64,000 nucleotides of DNA, from the IMG/VR virus record IMGVR_UViG_3300009162_000006; one strand, 5' to 3'. Under the pieces are notes generated by a model. The model ran no database searches. It was not told where the DNA came from and was given only the letters and a program-made list of their open reading frames with translations. Of this stretch, positions 61,652 to 64,000 are shown one piece after another. This DNA is from an uncultured virus (IMG/VR IMGVR_UViG_3300009162_000006). Taxonomy: Duplodnaviria; Heunggongvirae; Uroviricota; Caudoviricetes. Every line of letters begins with the position of its first letter. Positions within the stretch are counted from its first letter, which is position 1. The position numbers and the translations under genes were made by a program.

Positions 61652-62196
61652 CAGAGTACCTGTAGCAGAGGCGGTCCCACTTTTACACCGACACTGACCG
61701 TGTCAGCAGTCACGTCCGCGTACGTGAAGAATTCAGAGTACTCACAGCTGATCCCGGCCTCCTCGAAGAGGGCGCGCACTCCCTCGGGATAAATCCTCCA
61801 GCAGTCGGGCGCGGGCTCGTGGTGGCGCCAGTCCGCGGGGTTGATGGCGATCATCTTGCCGCCCGTCTTCAGTACGCGGGCGCACTCGATGACGAATCGC
61901 CAGATCTTGCGCGAGTGCTCGAGCACCTGCCCGTGAAATACGATGTCGAAGTCCTCGTCGGGGCAGCCGATCCGGTACTCGTCGCGCATCGGGATTCGAC
62001 GAGGGTCGTCACCGGGCACGTTTTGATTTGTCTCGAGGCTCGCGTACGACCAGTCGACCTCGACGCCGGCAGCCACCAAGTGCTTGTAGTACGTGCTCGG
62101 CACGTTGTCGGGACCGATCTCGAGCACGCGCATCCCGCTCGTGAAATGCGGGATGGCGATCTCTTTGAACCTGTCCTCGGACGTCGGGTGCATCAC
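61651..62196 (-). CDS. SAM-dependent methyltransferase
   Basis: VLEIG, FDIVFHGQVLEH, ARVLKTGG, DCWR. Confidence 0.8.
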   Translation of the reverse strand: MMHPTSEDRFKEIAIPHFTSGMRVLEIGPDNVPSTYYKHLVAAGVEVDWSYASLETNQNVPGDDPRRIPMRDEYRIGCPDEDFDIVFHGQVLEHSRKIWRFVIECARVLKTGGKMIAINPADWRHHEPAPDCWRIYPEGVRALFEEAGISCEYSEFFTYADVTADTVSVGVKVGPPLLQVL

Positions 62197-62447
62197 TTCT
62201 TTCCGGGGTCAATGCGCGTGAACTGCTGCACGAGCTTCGTCACGTCGCCGCGAAGCGCTGCTGCGAAGAGCTCGTCGATCTCTTGCACGAGCTCGTTGCG
62301 CTGTCGATTGCAAATCGTGACCTTGTCCGCGGCGGCGAGGCGTATCTCGTCCGGTAGCGACCTATCGTTGCGCGCGTCCTCGGCATGCCAGATCTTCAAG
62401 TTCGCGATCGTGAGCTTGTCGATGAGTGATCCTAGAGTTTCCGCCAT
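62193..62447 (-). CDS. DUF4254-like protein
   Basis: MAETLGSLIDKLTIANLKIWH...NRQRNELVQEID. Confidence 0.65.
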   Translation of the reverse strand: MAETLGSLIDKLTIANLKIWHAEDARNDRSLPDEIRLAAADKVTICNRQRNELVQEIDELFAAALRGDVTKLVQQFTRIDPGKK

Positions 62448-63001
62448 ACGGCCCACCAGCAGTAGTCGTCCGCGATGCCGCGGAAGTCGACGAGCTCGAA
62501 ACCGTGCGCGTCGACGAGTTGTTTGAGCTCTTCCGCAGTGTACTCCTTCGTGTGGTCGGTCTTGTAGTCCTTGATCGGGTGGTCGACGTTCGGCGTGTCG
62601 ATCTGGAGCCAGCCACCCGTGTCGAGGACGCAGGCCACTTCTTCGATCGCGAGGTGGGCGTCGTCCACGGTCATGTGCTCGATGACCTGGCCCAGGACGG
62701 CGCCGTCGAAGAACTTGTTCGGAAAATTGCTCAGGTTCCGGACGTCTGCCACGACGTTCTTCACGGTGAGGTTGTCCTTCGAGTATTCGCACCAGCCGGA
62801 CCAGCCCCTGTTCTCGATGCCCCACGCGGGCCAACCGACGGAGTCGTCCGAGGCGTTGTCGACGTTGATCACGAAGGAGTTGTCGTGCGGGTAGTAGCGC
62901 ATGAACGCGCCCGAGCCGCAGCCGGCGTTCAGGATCAGCCGGGCGTAAGGGAGCGTCGCGTAGAGCGCGTTGCGTTCACTGTAGAAGCGCTTGTTGCTCA
63001 T
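62432..63001 (-). CDS. SAM-dependent methyltransferase
   Basis: ILNAGCGSG, ADVRNL, QVIEH, TPN. Confidence 0.8.
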   Translation of the reverse strand: MSNKRFYSERNALYATLPYARLILNAGCGSGAFMRYYPHDNSFVINVDNASDDSVGWPAWGIENRGWSGWCEYSKDNLTVKNVVADVRNLSNFPNKFFDGAVLGQVIEHMTVDDAHLAIEEVACVLDTGGWLQIDTPNVDHPIKDYKTDHTKEYTAEELKQLVDAHGFELVDFRGIADDYCWWAVWRKL

Positions 63002-63723
63002 CAGGCCACCGGGCACTTGCAGTTGCCGATCTTCGCCTCGGTCACGCAGACCTTCGTCACGCCCATGTGCGTGTACTTGTCGTGCAGGTGGAGGTCGTGC
63101 GCGTCGGGCCAAGGGGGCTCTTCGAGGTAGCCTCCGGCTCGCCAGAAGAGCTCGGAGCTCTGGACGGTGTGAGCCCAGTGCGAGTAGTGGCGCTCGTTCG
63201 GGCGCTCGGAGATCGTGCCGACCGACGGGCAGTTCTCGGCGGAGAGGCGGAGGAAGGACTCCTCAGAGATGGCGGGGTGGGGCCACGTGATCTGGAGCTC
63301 GGACGGGCGATCATGGGAGAGCCTGAACTCGTTGCCACCGCCGGTCTCGATGATCGCCGGAGACCAGATCGTGTTGGCGGCCCTGCTCCCGTCGATATGC
63401 TCGACGAGGCGCTCCCAGCCCTTGAAGAAGTATGAGTCGTCACCGACCGGGCTCATGACCCAGCCAGTCGTCGCGGCGCGCGCGCCGACGTTCAACCACT
63501 CGTAGAGGCGGCTGCCCCGCCCCTCGATGACGAACGGACCCTCGACGAGTACGAGCTTAGCCTGCCATTTCTCGACGACGTCACGGAGCGTCGGGTCGTC
63601 CGTCACCACGACGGCCTCGTGCTCCACGGTCGAATTCTCGCGGAGCGTTCGCAGCGCGAATTCTAGGAACCCGAGCTCGAGCCTGTGACCGTCGGAGACG
63701 ATCGGCACTGTGATCGTGATCAC
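63001..63723 (-). CDS. GT-A fold (family 2-like) glycosyltransferase
   Basis: ITITVP, WLNVGARAA, GDDSYF, FWRAGGY, D. Confidence 0.6.
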   Translation of the reverse strand: MITITVPIVSDGHRLELGFLEFALRTLRENSTVEHEAVVVTDDPTLRDVVEKWQAKLVLVEGPFVIEGRGSRLYEWLNVGARAATTGWVMSPVGDDSYFFKGWERLVEHIDGSRAANTIWSPAIIETGGGNEFRLSHDRPSELQITWPHPAISEESFLRLSAENCPSVGTISERPNERHYSHWAHTVQSSELFWRAGGYLEEPPWPDAHDLHLHDKYTHMGVTKVCVTEAKIGNCKCPVA

Positions 63724-64000
63724 CCGTACACCTCCTTGACCCACTCGAGCACGCGGCGAGCGCGAGCGACGTTCGTGTGGTGGGCGGCGACGTGGGCGTG
63801 CCCAGCCTCCGCGACTCGTTTTCGTTCATCTTCGTGCTCGCACCACCAAGCGAGCTTCGTTCGGAGATCGTTGCCGTCGCGGTATTTCACGCAGTGGACT
63901 TGGTCGACGAGCGGGTGGTCCTCGATGAGGTCGAGTTCCTCCGTCATGAGCAGCGTGTCGAACTGCGGTATCTCCCAACGCCGCGCCGTGTCCTTGCCGA
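63720..64000 (-). CDS. Partial CgeB-like glycosyltransferase (C-terminus)
   Basis: RRWEI...LLMTE...ERKRVAEAGHAHVAAHHT..ARARRVL. Confidence 0.7.
   Translation of the reverse strand, partial: GKDTARRWEIPQFDTLLMTEELDLIEDHPLVDQVHCVKYRDGNDLRTKLAWWCEHEDERKRVAEAGHAHVAAHHTNVARARRVLEWVKEVYG

Noticed and set aside
1..64000. Diversity-generating retroelement or retron behind the repeated tags
   Set aside because: No reverse transcriptase motifs and no template/variable repeat pair with adenine-specific differences were seen.

Overview
The whole 64 kb window reads as part of one large, GC-rich bacteriophage or provirus genome. Genes are mostly on the minus strand, tightly packed and translationally coupled. 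No rRNA, tRNA, CRISPR array or clear host housekeeping operon was seen. Modules, left to right: (1) 1-21 kb, a morphogenesis-like region of small, C-terminally membrane-anchored, Cys/Pro-rich proteins, three beta-rich capsid candidates, an Arg-rich protamine-like/TM/LysM protein, an M15 peptidase, a lytic transglycosylase and a transglutaminase-like protein; (2) 21-37 kb, nucleotide metabolism and replication (NUDIX, DHH, dCTP deaminase, RuvC-like resolvase, family A DNA polymerase, SF2 helicase, PD-(D/E)XK nuclease, PLD nuclease, primase), followed by an AT-rich palindromic-iteron region that is a candidate origin; (3) 37-48 kb, early/accessory genes (HicA-like, DNA methylase, SprT-like, DUF932-like, HTH switch, tyrosine recombinase); (4) 48-59 kb, a second structural/accessory region; (5) 58-64 kb, a sugar-modification cluster. 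No terminase, portal, HK97 capsid or tail tube/tape measure is recognisable, so a tailless, membrane-containing virus is inferred but not proven. The most striking signal is a set of short peptide tags shared by otherwise unrelated proteins: N-terminal (I/V)RW(L/I)(D/E/G) with GQ(L/V)G on membrane-anchored proteins; Asn-Pro (NP) motifs before soluble cargo domains; a C-terminal (NP)xW(T/M)(K/R)V(F/L)G-stop tag on a tandem gene array; and a ~35-aa N-terminal 'G-x-LG(R/K)W-x3-(I/V)S-x2-(V/L)D' module on spike-like proteins. These may form an undescribed virion protein addressing and processing code. All product calls come from motif recognition by eye; no database search was run.
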